Both the position numbers and the translations under genes were made by a program. This document shows positions 37,290 to 49,892 of a DNA stretch of 64,000 nt, one piece after another. How positions within the stretch are numbered: position 1 is the stretch's first letter; the number at the start of each line of letters is the position of its first letter. Source of the DNA: Azolla caroliniana (taxonomy: Eukaryota; Plantae; Polypodiophyta); NCBI GenBank assembly GCA_043228905.1, contig JBHGNT010000007.1, positions 806,001-870,000 of the forward strand. Direction: 5' to 3'. The notes under the pieces were generated by a model. The model saw only the letters and a list, made by a program, of their open reading frames with translations, did not search any database and was not told the DNA's origin.

Positions 37290-38340
37290 AAGACCGAACA
37301 ATGGCGGTAATCTAGGGCCGAATAGTGGCGGCAATTGAGTGTAGAATGGCGGTAGTGGAGTGAACTCCGTTTGATCGAACAGTTTTGACAATCCAGGACC
37401 GAACAATGGCGGAAACTGAGTGTAGAATGATGACAATGGAGGAGTGAATTCCGTCGGATCGAACAGTGGCAGATGGTGCTTGGAATGCACAATGATGACA
37501 ACTGAGGGTAGAATGGCAGCAATGGAGAAGGAGTGAACTCCTTCGAATCGAAAAGTGGCAGCAATACACCATCGAACAGTAGCAGCAACTAAGTGTAGAA
37601 AGATGGCAATGGATGAGTGAACTCCGTCAAATCGAAAAGTGGCAGCAATCCAGGACCAAACAATAGCAGCAACTAAGTGTAGAATGATGGCAATGGAGGA
37701 GTGAACTCCATCAGATCGAACAGTGCCAGATGATGCTTGGAACGCATAGTGACGACAATTGAGAGTACAATGGTGGTAGTGGAGAAGGAGTAATACACGA
37801 CCGAACAGTAGTGGCAACTAAGTGTAGAATGATGGCAATGAATGATTGAACTCTATCAAATCGAAAAGTGGCAGCAATACACGACCGAACAGTAGTGGCA
37901 ACTAAGTGTAGAATGATAGCAATGAATGATTGAACTCTATCAAATCGAAAAGTGGCAGCAATCCAGGACTGGTCACTAAATAGTAGCGGCAATTGAGTGT
38001 AGAATGATGGCAATGGAGGAGTGAACTCTGTCAGATCGAACAGTGGCAGATGATGCTTGGAACGCACAGTGATGGCAACTGAGAGTAGAATGGCGGTAGT
38101 GGAGAAGGAGTTGACTCCGTCGGATCGAAAAGTGGCAGCAATATACGACATTCACAGTAGCGGCAATGGAGTGAACTTGGCAGATGATGCTTGGACTAAA
38201 CAGTGACGACACTTGAGTGTAGAATGGCCGCAATGGAGGAGTGAGCTCCGTCAGATCGAACAATGGTAGATGATACTTGGACCACATAGTGCCGGTAACT
38301 GGGTGTAGAATGGCGGCAATGGAGGAGTGGACTCAATAAG
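37290..38340. repeat. Degenerate tandem repeats upstream of the transposase
   Basis: Recurrent GTGTAGAATGGCGGCAATGGAGGAGTGAACTCCGTC and GATCGAA(C/A)AGTGGCAG blocks; explains the repetitive shadow ORFs at 37262-38287. Confidence 0.85.
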
Positions 38341-38684
38341 GTTTAGTAACAGTGGTAGTAATCTAAGCCAGAATACTCAACCAAAGATGGCCCACGTGAT
38401 GTGGCAAAGGATCATGCATAATGGACCTAGGAATTCGATATATAATTTATGGTGCACATATTAATTTATGTTGCACGTTTATGTTGCACATTTATGGTGC
38501 TCATTTATATAATTAAAACTCACTACTATTTTCAATGGTAGTTTTTTGCATAGCTAATTTATCAATGGTAGCTTTTTACAAAAATGACTATTTATCAATG
38601 GTAGCTTTTTGCATAGCTAATTGTTTCCACTCGCATGCTTTCACCCGTTTCCATTCTACACCTTATATAAATAATACAATCTCC

Positions 38685-38704
<20 letters not shown>

Positions 38705-38725
<21 letters not shown>

Positions 38726-41700
38726 CATATGCATGGAGGTGTGGCTCCTATGGTTGAGAAAATTGAAACACCATGCACTACATATATCGATATTGAGGAT
38801 GTCAATAAGGGAATAAAGAAGATGGCGAGTGGAAAAGCAGTGGATGCAACCTACATCTCAAGTGAGCTTTTAAAATGGAAAATGCCATATACTCATCATT
38901 GGATAATGACAATTATAGAGCAAGCTATAAAACAAGGATTTCCAAATGATTGTCTTATGAATTGGATTAGACCAATATTTAAAGCCGGAGACAAGAATCA
39001 AGTATCAAATTATCATACAATAATGGAGAGCTTAACTATTGCTAAATTATATAGCACTATTATGGAGCAAAAGATAAGCACATCGGCTAAAACTACAATC
39101 AAAAGAGAACTTGGGCAAGTAGGATTTAGACCAAAACACTCCACTGTGGAGCATTTTGTCACATTGAGAGTAATCATGGAAGAGAGTCGACTACAAGGAA
39201 AAACACTTTATTGTTGTTTTGTTTATTTTAAGAAAGCTTTTGATACCGTACAATGAAGTGAGCTTTGGAATAGAATGGTAGAGATTGACATGCCATTAGA
39301 GTACCGAGTTGTTGTTGCATGCCTATATGAACAAGTAAAATGCCAACTAAAAATGGATAGTGGATTCTCAAAGCACTTTTTAAGTAACATGGGGGTCAAG
39401 CAAGGATGTCCACTATCACCCACACTTTTTGACTTATGTATTAAAAAATTAGAAGAAGTGGTAAATAAGGTTGCAAGAGAAGAAGGATTGAATGCTCCCA
39501 AATTGATGCAACATGTTATCTGATTGCTTCTATATGCTGATGATGTGGTACTCTTCTCATATGATGTTGATAGTATGCAAAATTTGCACATTAGTATAAG
39601 AAGAATTTTGCCATAGTATTGGACTAGCAGTGAATGTGGAGAAAACAAAAATGATGGTAGTGCATTCAACCTCATCATTACCCTATGCTCACATATAGAG
39701 GTGAACATATACAATTTGTTCAAAGCTTTAAATATCTTGGTATTGATGTACCTACCACAAATAAATGCAGTGCATGCTTTGATTCTAGGCTCCAAGCCGG
39801 TTGGAAATCGTATTACCTTTTGGAGAACTAATGCAACCAAAGTGATACTTGTGGATGGGAAGTAAAACTAATGTTGTTCAATGCCATGGTAACTCAAGTA
39901 TTGCTTTATGGAGTAGAAGTATGGGGTGGCAACATCTCTCAAGTTAATGCATGGAATGAGATTGAGAAAATTCAAAAGATGTTTTTAAGGAGGCAATTAG
40001 GAGTTAAATGCACTACCTCTTACCAGGTTATGCTCTTGGGAATAGGTGTTCGACCCATAGAACTATTGGCACTCCAAAAAGTATATACATACATTACAAA
40101 AGTAAAGAATATGCCGAATCATCAATTACCACATCTTGCTTGGAATGTTGGATGTAAGCTACAAAAGAATCACAAAAGTAAGATTCTCTCATGCGGTTGG
40201 GTTGTTGATGAAGAAATGGTTTAGAAGATGGGGTTTGGATGATCTTTTAGAGCTTTCGGGCAATGTTATGTAGTATGTAATTGAAGAGAATAGCATGGAA
40301 TATTGCTCGGCCACAACCGAGTCTTGAATCACAGAAATGGGAATGAAACACAGAAACAAGAAGAAGAGGGTACACAGAATATTAACGTGGAAAACCCTAA
40401 TGGGGAAAAATGACAGGAGCCCATAGACTCCAAACTATCACTATATAAGAAAGGTACAATGAGAGACTCGGAGGCAACGACCTCGAGCTTTGTATCTTCG
40501 CTAGCGGGCGGTTACAATAGAGTATCGCTCTATATCTCTCTCTCCCTCTCTATACAGCAGTTATACACATACAACATTATCATAACAACTAACAAAGTGA
40601 TTGCCCTAAGTCATATTTATACTTATATGAACTTAGGGCTATTTACTGAAAACATATTTACAAATATGTCTTCACTTCCAATTCTCACCGGGTCCATCCG
40701 ATGCGGTTTCCGGATCTCTTCCAGTTCTTCACCAGGTCCTCTTCATTCATAACCGGATCCCATATGGAGGGACCGATTTCCCAACAATCTCCCCCTTCAC
40801 TCTGGCATGGGATGTCTCGTTAGCCTGATCCGCTTTCGGCACGCGTCCAGCTTGTCGATCGTCAACACCTTGGTCAACATATCTGACATGTTCTCCTCCG
40901 TGTGGATCTTTGTCAACACACACTCTTGATCTTCTACTCTCTCCTAGATCTAGTGGTACCTCCGCTGGATATGTTTCGTCCGAGAATGGAAGGCAGTGTT
41001 CTTTGCAAGGTGGATGACACTTTGATTGTCGCCCTAGAGCCAGTATTCCTCCTGTTGGATCCCTAGCTCTCCGATAAAGTCCTTCATCCAGATTATCTCC
41101 TTGCTCGCTTCTACAATTGCCATGTCCTCCGCATCCATGGTTGACAACGCAACCGTCTTCTGCAGCCTTGACTGCCACGAAATAGCTCCCCTTGCATAAG
41201 TCATAACATATCAGGATGTCGACCGGCTGGTATCCGCATCAACCGACATATCCAAATCTGTGAATCTGTCAAGTTGGGGATTACCGGAGCCAATCCAGAG
41301 ACACATACTCGAGGTGCCTTTCAAATACCGGAGTATCCACTTAACAACGTTCCAGTGCTCTTTTTCCGGGATTGCTCATGAACCGGATCACCACTCCGAC
41401 TACATATCTGATATCCGGCCGGGTGCATACCATTGCGTACATTATGCTTCCGATGGCAGAGGCATATGGTATCTTCATCATATCCGAAGTCTCTGCCTTT
41501 GTCTTCGGGAAGTGTTGATCCGATCGGTTTCACCTCCGACATGTTGAACCTTTGGAGTATCTTTGTCACGTACTTTTCCTATGATAGCCACAACAGCTTC
41601 TTTGACCGGTCCTAGATGATGTGCATTCCTAATATCTGTCTTGCTGGCCCCAAGTCTTTCATTGAGAAGGTCCAAATCAAAGCCTTCTTCAGTATCCGTA

Positions 41701-44700
41701 TCTTGACTTGGTCTCGTCCAACAATCAGCATATCATCCACATATAGGAGGAGCATCAGGAAATCTCCTCCGTCAAATTTCTTCACAAACACACAGTGATC
41801 GGTTTGCGTTTTGTGGTACCCTTGGTCGGTCATGAAGGAGTCGAACTTCCGGTACCATTGCCAAGGGGCTTGCTTCAATCCGTATAGGTTCTTCTTTAGC
41901 CAGCACACCAGGTGCTCCTTCCCTTTCTTCTCAAATCCTTCCGGTTGCTGCATGTAGATTTCTTCTTCGAGGTCGCCATGTAGGAATGTCGTCTTGACGT
42001 CTAGTTGCTCTACCTCGAGGTCCATGTTTGCCGCTATGCCCAATACCGTCCGGATGGATGTCATCTTTACTACCGGGGCAAATATCTCATTGAAATCCAC
42101 TCCTTTCTTCTGCTGGAACCCGTTTACCACAATCCGGGCTTTGTATCTCGGTGGGTTTCCGTCATCTCTTAGTTTTAGCTTGTACACCCACTTGTTCCGG
42201 AGTGCCCTCTTTCCTTTCGACAACTCCGTCAATTGATACGTGTGGTTCTCATGTAGGGAATCCATCTCATCTTGCATGGCACTCAACCACTTGCGGCGGT
42301 GGGTGTCTTTCTTTGCTTCTTCGAAGCTTTCCAGCTCCTCCTCATCGGTTAGCAACACATGCTCTACATCCAGAAATCTCCAAGGGGCTCTTCTCTCTCG
42401 GAGGGGATATCTCCGTCCTTGGTTTCTGACTACCAGTTCCTCCGTTTGTTCCTCATCCTCATCCGATTTGGGATCTTGTTTGGTTCTAGTGTCTTCTTCT
42501 TCTTCTTCTTCGGTCGGTTCAGTTTCTTGTCCGTATCCCGCCGGTTCGTCGAGTGTCATTCGGTTACCGGCTAGCATCCAGTTTTCAACGGGGCATATCC
42601 TTGTGTCCTCAAGCCGGTTTTCATTGGATGATCCGGAGTTCATCATCTTCTTCTCCGACTCCCAGTCGGCAATGGTCCTGTCTTCCATGAAGACTATGTC
42701 CCGGCTCTGGAACACCTTCTTGTCGACCAGAACCCACACCCAGTAACTGAACTCATCATCGTCATATCCAAGGAATATGCATGTTCAGGACTTCAGATCC
42801 AGCTTTGCTCTCTTGTCCTTCGCCACTTGCACGTAAGCGAGACATCTGAATACCTTTAGATGCCGGTAGGACATGTCCTTACCGGTCCATACTCTTTGCG
42901 GTGTGTATCCGTCCAAGGGTACTGAGGGTGATCTATTTATCACATAGGTCGTCGTCGTCAGCGCCTCGGCCCAAAATGTCTTGGGTAACTTGGCATGTGC
43001 AAGCATGCACCAGACTCTCTCCATTATGGTCCGGTTCATCCTTTCGGCCAGCCCGTTTAGTTTCGGCGTCTTCGGCACGGTAAATTCGAGCCAGATTCCA
43101 TTTGACCGACAATACTCCTCGAACCACCCCCGGTATTCTCCTCTGTTATCTACTCGAACCTCCTTCAGCTTCCGGTTGGTTTCTCTTTCCACTCTCGTGT
43201 GGAGCTCCTTGAAGACGGATAACACTTGATCCTTCATCTTCAGTGGTGCAACGCACAACTTCCGGCTATGGTCATCTATGAACGTCACGAAGTACTGCGA
43301 TCCGGCATGTGACTTCCTGTCCACTTGACACACATCGGTATGCACCAGCTCTAGTGGTGCATTCCGTCTCATCGGTGGTCTTGACCGGAAGGAGGTTCGG
43401 TTTTGTTTGCCGACCAAGCAATCAGTGCACTTCTCAAGTTGCACGTCCTTCACCGGAATAAGTTTGTCTTCGCTTGTCGCGATTGCCGACGTTCCCTTCT
43501 GATCCGGGCATCTCCGGTCCGAACACTTCTTCGAATCAGTAGTTTCGGTTTCTTTCTCTTTCGGGAAATGCCTACAGTTCTTCTGGAAGTGCCCTAGCTC
43601 CCCACAGTAGAAGCAAGTAGGCCTCCCCTTGACTTCGACCTCGTCCCCCGATTTGTCCCGGTTTTGGGAACTCTAATACCGGCCTCTTCCCTGGTTGTGG
43701 TCATCTTCTGTGACCAAGGCCTTCGGATCATTTCCGGACTCCCAGTCCTTCCGGCGAGCTTCTTCATCTACCAAGCTTTATTTTACCCTTCCTAGGGACA
43801 ACTGTTTTCCTTCCGGCCCGGTGTTGCCCAACATGACAAATAACGTCTCCCAACTATTTAGGAGGGAACCAAGTAGGAGTAATGCGAGTACCTCATCGGC
43901 AAGAGGTACTTCCAACGAGGTGTCTTGGTGTATCAGCCCTTGGAAGACATTCATGTGCTCTGCCATACTGGAGCAGTCCTGGTACCAGAGCCTCGCTAGC
44001 TTCCAGAATACCGAAACCCGATTAACAACATTCTTGTTCTGGAACATGATGCCGATCTTCTCCCAGAGTTCATGAGCCTTGCTCTCTTCATTGAAGTTGT
44101 TGTACAGGCTCATGTCGATAAAGCACCGGATGTATGCCGTCGTATTCATGTGCATCACCTCCCACACTATGCCATCGATCTTATCCAATCTCTTCTCCCC
44201 GAACTGAACCGACAATTAAAGATCTTTAACCACCAGCATATCCCTCATCTTCGACTTCCACACTGAGTAGTTGGAGCCGGTGAGCTTGAACATGCCACCG
44301 AACGATTCTTCCATTTCTTGTGCTGTTCACTCTGATACCAGATTGAAGAGAATAGCGCGGAATATTGCTCAGCCACAACCGAGTCTTGAATCACAGATAT
44401 GGGAATGAAACACAGAAACAGGAAGAAGAGGGTACACAGAATATTAACGTGGAAAACCCTAATGGGGAAAAACCAGGAGCCCATAGACTCCAAACTATCA
44501 CTATATAAGAAAGGTACAAGCAAAGACTCGGAAGCAACGACCTCGAGCTCTGTATCTTTGCCAGCGGGCGGTTACAATAGAGTATCGCTCTATATCTCTC
44601 TCTCCCTCTCTATACAGCAGTTATACACATACAACAATATCATAACAACTAACAAAGTGATTGCCCTAAGTCATATTTATACTTATATGAACTTAGGGCT

Positions 44701-45436
44701 ATTTACAAATATAGCCTCAATAGGCTTAATGAAAACATATTTACAAATATGTCTTCACTTCCGGTTCTCACTGGATCTTTTCCGGTTCTTCACCGGGTCC
44801 TCTTCATTCATAACCGGATCCCATCCGGAGGGACCAATTTCCCAACAATAATGATTGAGGAAAGGTTGGTGGAATCATTAAGGATGAAGTGGGAAGATGC
44901 TAAGAGGACAAAGCTAGAATACTATATTGCAAATGCCAACCCTCAATGTTGGTCTCAATATAAAGCAAGAATGCCTATTGATCGTATCCAACCTTATCTC
45001 ATTACCAGTATGAGTAGTAATGCTCGTAGAGCCCTTACATTACTTCGGACTCGATCTCACAAGTTAGTTATTGAAGTAGCATCATGGTATCAAAATGTAA
45101 CTAATTTGAAGACATGCAAAGTATGCAACGGAGGCATGGTAGAGGATGAATGTCACTTGCTCTTCACATGCTCAACATATAGTGCAATTTGTTCAAGATA
45201 TGCTGACATACTAAGAGGGAGCGATAACTTAAGTGCTATACTTAAAGACACCACCGAGAAGGTTGAGCTCATCTGTGTATGATTTATTCACACAGAGAGA
45301 CTTTGTGTATCAATGTATGAATACCCCTTCTTAGGAAGGAGACACATAATATCAAGAACACATGTATACTCTGGTCCCATAGATCAAAATTGGCCTCTTT
45401 ATGGACGATACAAATTCTAATTCTAATTCTAATTCT
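38705..45436 (+). mobile_element. 5'-truncated RTE-like LINE, interrupted by a Copia at 40282-44847
   Basis: RT motifs PIFKAGDK..NY, QVGFRP, FKKAFDTV, GVKQGCPLSPTLF, YADD, YLG; C-terminal RTRSHKL..CKVC..EDECHLLFTC (44853-45282); (AATTCT)4 tail at 45413-45436; (CT)n on both flanks. Confidence 0.88.
40282..44847 (-). mobile_element. Tork/Tnt1-like Copia, degenerate, protease region deleted
   Basis: LTRs 40282-40786 and 44344-44847; TSD GTAAT/ATAAT; PBS TGGTATCAGA at 44331-44340; gag 43778-44215, integrase 42785-43453, RT YVDDML 41612-42739. Confidence 0.92.
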
Positions 45437-46405
45437 CTCTCTCTCTCTCTAAGAGGATATACTTTAGCCTAGAATATATTTGCAATACACTTTTGGTGAA
45501 GTGATATTGACCCTTAGCATGGAAACTCAAGAAGAAACAAACAATCATGGCTTATATTTGCTCTTTTATGTAGTTAAACATTCTTAGCCTTCATTTCTAG
45601 ATGCGTTAAAATGGTAACCTTTTGAAATAAAAGGAGTGGATATATTAGTGTTAAAAATGATAACCTTTTTGAAATAAAATGATACACTTTAGACTAGAAT
45701 GCAGTACACTTTTTGTGGAGTGATATTGACTATTGTATGGAAAACTTAGGAAGAAATTGTTACAAACGGTCATGGCTTATATTGTCTCTTTTATGTAGTT
45801 AAACCTTCTTAGCCTTCATTTCTACATGCTCACCACCACCTTGAGAAACAAAAATAAATAGATTCTATTGGTTAGGAGTTGGAATAAAAATACCTCTTCT
45901 TTTCCATCTTCCCCCTTGACAAACAAATAGATGGAATGTGAAGGTAGGTCGCAAGGTCTCCTCTTACTTCTCATGACTATCAACACAAAGTATACAAGAT
46001 TTTCCATGTGGTTTTATTGGCTATTCTATAAAGTGGATAAAGTGACATCCAATATCACCAAACCAATGATGTAATGCCAATAATTGGAAATATTGTTAAA
46101 AAGGATAATCTTTTGAAACAATACAAAGTGACTTGTGATGCTTATGGTGAGGATGCTTACGAGAACTACATATGCTACTTATGTTTTGGAGTGAATATAC
46201 CTCTTCTATTCCTCTTACCACCTTTAGAAACAAGGAGATTGAATCGTGACGGTAGGTCTCAAGGTCTTTTTGTACTTGGCTTGAGAGGCAATCACAAAGT
46301 TAGGATGAAAGGTGGTTTGGTTGGCTATTCTACAAAGCGAATAACGTGACATCCAATATTGCCTAACTGATGATATAATGCCCATGTTTGGAACTAATGA
46401 TATTT
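45437..46405 (-). repeat. Promoter and repeat-array segment of the middle module copy
   Basis: Direct homology to 60800-61725 (GTGATATTGAC..CATGGCTTATAT, GGAGTGAATATACCTC, TGATGATATAATGCCCATGTTTGGAAC.AATGATATT). Confidence 0.8.
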
Positions 46406-46702
46406 GACCGACAAGGTATTGGTTCATCTTATATTCCCAAGATGCAAAGTTATTTATGTCCAGCTTTTCAGTGGGAAGAGAGCCGCCCATCTGAGTGTTC
46501 ATGATGGTTGACTTGGTTGACTGAGTTTTCTTCTTCTTCTTCTTCTTCTCTATGATACGAATTGTGTAGGGTTGCTACTACAACCATCGGGTGGTTCTTC
46601 ATGAATACTAGCGTATATACAATACATGCGGATGGGCTTGGATCAAGCAGCCTACCAAACGCTCTGATAAAGAGTCAAATCCGATTTTGTGCAACAGAGA
46701 AA

Positions 46703-46747
<45 letters not shown>

Positions 46748-47039
46748 AGGGAGAGAGAGAGAGAACCCAAGCTATACAGAAAACTAGAAAATAGTTCATT
46801 AATAAGAATGACCAACAATTACAAAGAAGAGGAGAAGGTGTTTATGTAGTCACCTTCTCTCTATAATCTCTCACTACCGCCATCGGTTGGTAAAGAGGTG
46901 AAGACTTAACTACCTGCTAACTATGTGTCAATTCTATGACACATTAGTTTTCATACAAAGTGATGTGATGGGTGTTCACACGCTTGGATGCTCTTAGGGT
47001 GTGTTCCCACACTACGGAAGTGAAGTTTGATTCTCAACA
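46406..47039 (-). mobile_element. Copia 5' remnant (LTR-like piece plus gag start)
   Basis: MGGSLPTEKLDINNFASWEYKMNQYLVGQ gag N-terminus; PBS-like GCTCTGATA at ~46660; ends TTCTCAACA. Confidence 0.55.
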
Positions 47040-48173
47040 AGATCGATAGTGATGCATGGTTCTATGAAGATCATCTAAATCCTAATAGAATGAATATAAA
47101 TCATTTGATGGTAACATTTCAAATAAGCAAGGAGAATGTTTCCATGTTTAAGGATTGAGGGATCTCACATTGATTACAAGGTGGAGCATGTGAAGCTATT
47201 TAGTTTATTAATATTACTCTTGATAGTACTTATATTACCCTTACCTAGCACTTGCCTATATATAAGTATGATGCCAATCAAGGTGTTCCATATAACATTT
47301 AGAAGACAAGGAGATTTGGTACTAATTAAAAACTTGGATACGAGTGTAATTGATGGCTGTCCCAAGTCTCCGTAACCTATAATGTGGGTTGCAATGAGCA
47401 CAATCTTTGTTTCCGTAGTAGATCTTTGGGGTCAGTCCAAATATAGACCTATTTCAAATGAAAGTGAGCCATGGAAAAATTTATGCGGTCATTAAAGTCT
47501 ACTCCAAATGGTTCTGTCCCTACAATTCATCAAGGGAAGGCGATCTACACCTTCACATGTGGCTTTGAGTTTTTTTGACAAAATGCTTGGAAGTGTGGCT
47601 TGAAAGTTAGATGGAATCTCTATTGTTCCCATTGCCCAATGAGTGACCTCATATCCCAATGATAAGAAAGTAGTTGCATAATCTTAAGGTTCATCTAGTT
47701 CCTTCTGTTTTACCCACATTGTCCTTTAAAATAGTTCTAAAATTTCCGAATAAGGTTTGATTATTTTTCTTCTATTTTTAGTATTATCTCCAATCTAGCT
47801 CTTTTGTTCAGCTTGTGTTGTCGTGAAAATAACATGTGTGCATGTAAATTAAGATGGTTCAACGCTAGACTAGACTGTAGACCTAGAGTCGAGAGCATGG
47901 AATCCATCAATAGATAATACGTCGTAAGAGTGTGCTCGACTACTACTATAATCATATTTTTCGAACATGCAGATGCAGGTTAAATTTAGGAGGTGAAGGG
48001 TGAGGAAAATAATAAGCAAAAATAAAATAAAATATATTAATATGTAGTTCTTATGAAATCAGTTTCCTTCATGAAAAGGAAACCGTAAGTCTATTGGTGG
48101 GTCCTATAAAGCCACCACCAACGTTGTATTCATTCTAGGGCATTATAATAATAAAACTCTTTCTCTATTTCAT

Positions 48174-48219
<46 letters not shown>

Positions 48220-49892
48220 TTCTTTCTATCTCTCTTTCTCTTCTTTCCCAACATGGTATCAGAGCCAAACGACCTAATAGCCTTATAGCCTATGCCTTTC
48301 TAAAACTTACAAAACACGTGCCCTTACCATAATTTAACTTTCATGCCCATACAAAAATAATAATTATTATATTCATAGTGTTCAAGATCGTCAAATAACG
48401 AACGACAATTTTGTGTTTTCCATGCGCTGATCCGGACAGCCCTCTGCAATAATGGCACAATCTATGTCGTCGTCACAACTCAACATGCGAAAATTCATGA
48501 TCGAGAAATTATCGAACACAAATTATCAAATTTGGAAGGCAAGATTAGGATTACTTTTTAAATATAATAAAGTATGGGACATAATTTTAGGATCGTCGAC
48601 AAAACCTGAAAAAGGCGAAGAACTTGAAGAATATGAAGAAAAAGACTTGTGTGCAAGAATGGAAATTCTAACGCACATAAGTGATGGCACCAGAGAAACA
48701 TTGCGAAAAATGGAGACGGCTCATGAAATGTGGAAGCACTTACAAACTATCTACGAGCCGAAAAACGATGCCCAACAAGCGTATACACTTCAAGCGCTTG
48801 TTAATTACAAAATGAATGATGAACAACCAGTTGGTGAATTTCTATTAATATGGCAAAAGAAATTAGATGATGTGTTAACTTCGGGATTAGAAATCCATGA
48901 TAAATTACAAAAGATTCTCCTTCTTGGTGCTCTTCCTCACTCGTGGTCCACTTTTAGAACCACCCAAAACTCTGTAAATTGCCCAACGCTAATTGATCTT
49001 CTTGCAAACATTAGACAGGAGGAAACAATGCGTTCACAAAGGTCTTCAAATTCAACTCCAAGTGTGGCAATGGTAGCATACAAGAACAAAAGGTTCACCC
49101 AAAGAGGAGAAAGCTCGAAGCCGTGGATAAAGAAAGATCAAAACACAAAACAAGGAGGAATGCGGTTCAACAATACCTATTGTAAAATATGCAAATGTAC
49201 AAATCATGCAACCAAAGATTGTCGCGCAAAGTCAAATTTCAAGAGTTATCAACCATGGAAGCGTGTACAAGCCCATCTTGTTGAAGAAGAGATGGATGAT
49301 GAAAAAGCCATAGGAGATGGATATCAAAATGGAGACAAGTATGACGACGTCCTTCAAGCATTCAATGCTGAATCACTTTCCGCGACGATTCCAAACCCAA
49401 GTAATGTAAATGATATATGGTATCTCGACACTAGTGCTACTAACCACTTAACTAATAGAAAAGATTGGTTATGTAACTATAAGGATGTTGAACCTCCTAT
49501 CATTGTAAGATTTGGAAATAATGGGACTAAACAAGCTATTGGCAAGGGGGATATTACGTTTAAAGTCACAGGAGGAAGACATTTCACAATCAATGAAGTT
49601 CTCTATGTCCCGGGCATCACCAAACACTTGCTATTGGTTAGTCAAGCAACGACAAATGGTACTATCATTGAATTTCATCCTAACCATGCTATTATTAAAC
49701 ATAAAGCCTCAAATGGAGAACATATTAGAACATGTTGTAAACGAGAAGGAGGCTTATATCCCATAAAATGTATTCCTACATCTCTTATTTTAGAAGCACA
49801 TCATACTACCCCAATACAATCATCCATATCTTTGATCAATCTTCATTCTCTTTCTTCTCTTTGGCACTTTCGTCTAGGTCATATGCCTTTCA

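Larger units (their letters stand above)
31723..38646. mobile_element. TIR DNA transposon, Sola2-like (6924 bp), internally deleted
   Basis: 25-bp TIRs GGGT(A/G)AAAGCATGCGAGTGGAAACA at 31723-31747 and 38622-38646 (1 mismatch); 4-bp TSD GTTT at 31719-31722 and 38647-38650; empty site AGGTTTCCATT in the paralog at ~60760; two convergent coding regions. Confidence 0.88.

Noticed and set aside
37262-38287. Cys/His-rich ORFs as real proteins
   Set aside because: Overlapping ORFs in several frames across a tandem repeat.
31723-38646. PIF/Harbinger assignment (GGG ends, two genes)
   Set aside because: The TSD is 4-bp GTTT by empty-site comparison, not TAA/TTA; no Myb/SANT or Harbinger DDE motifs seen.
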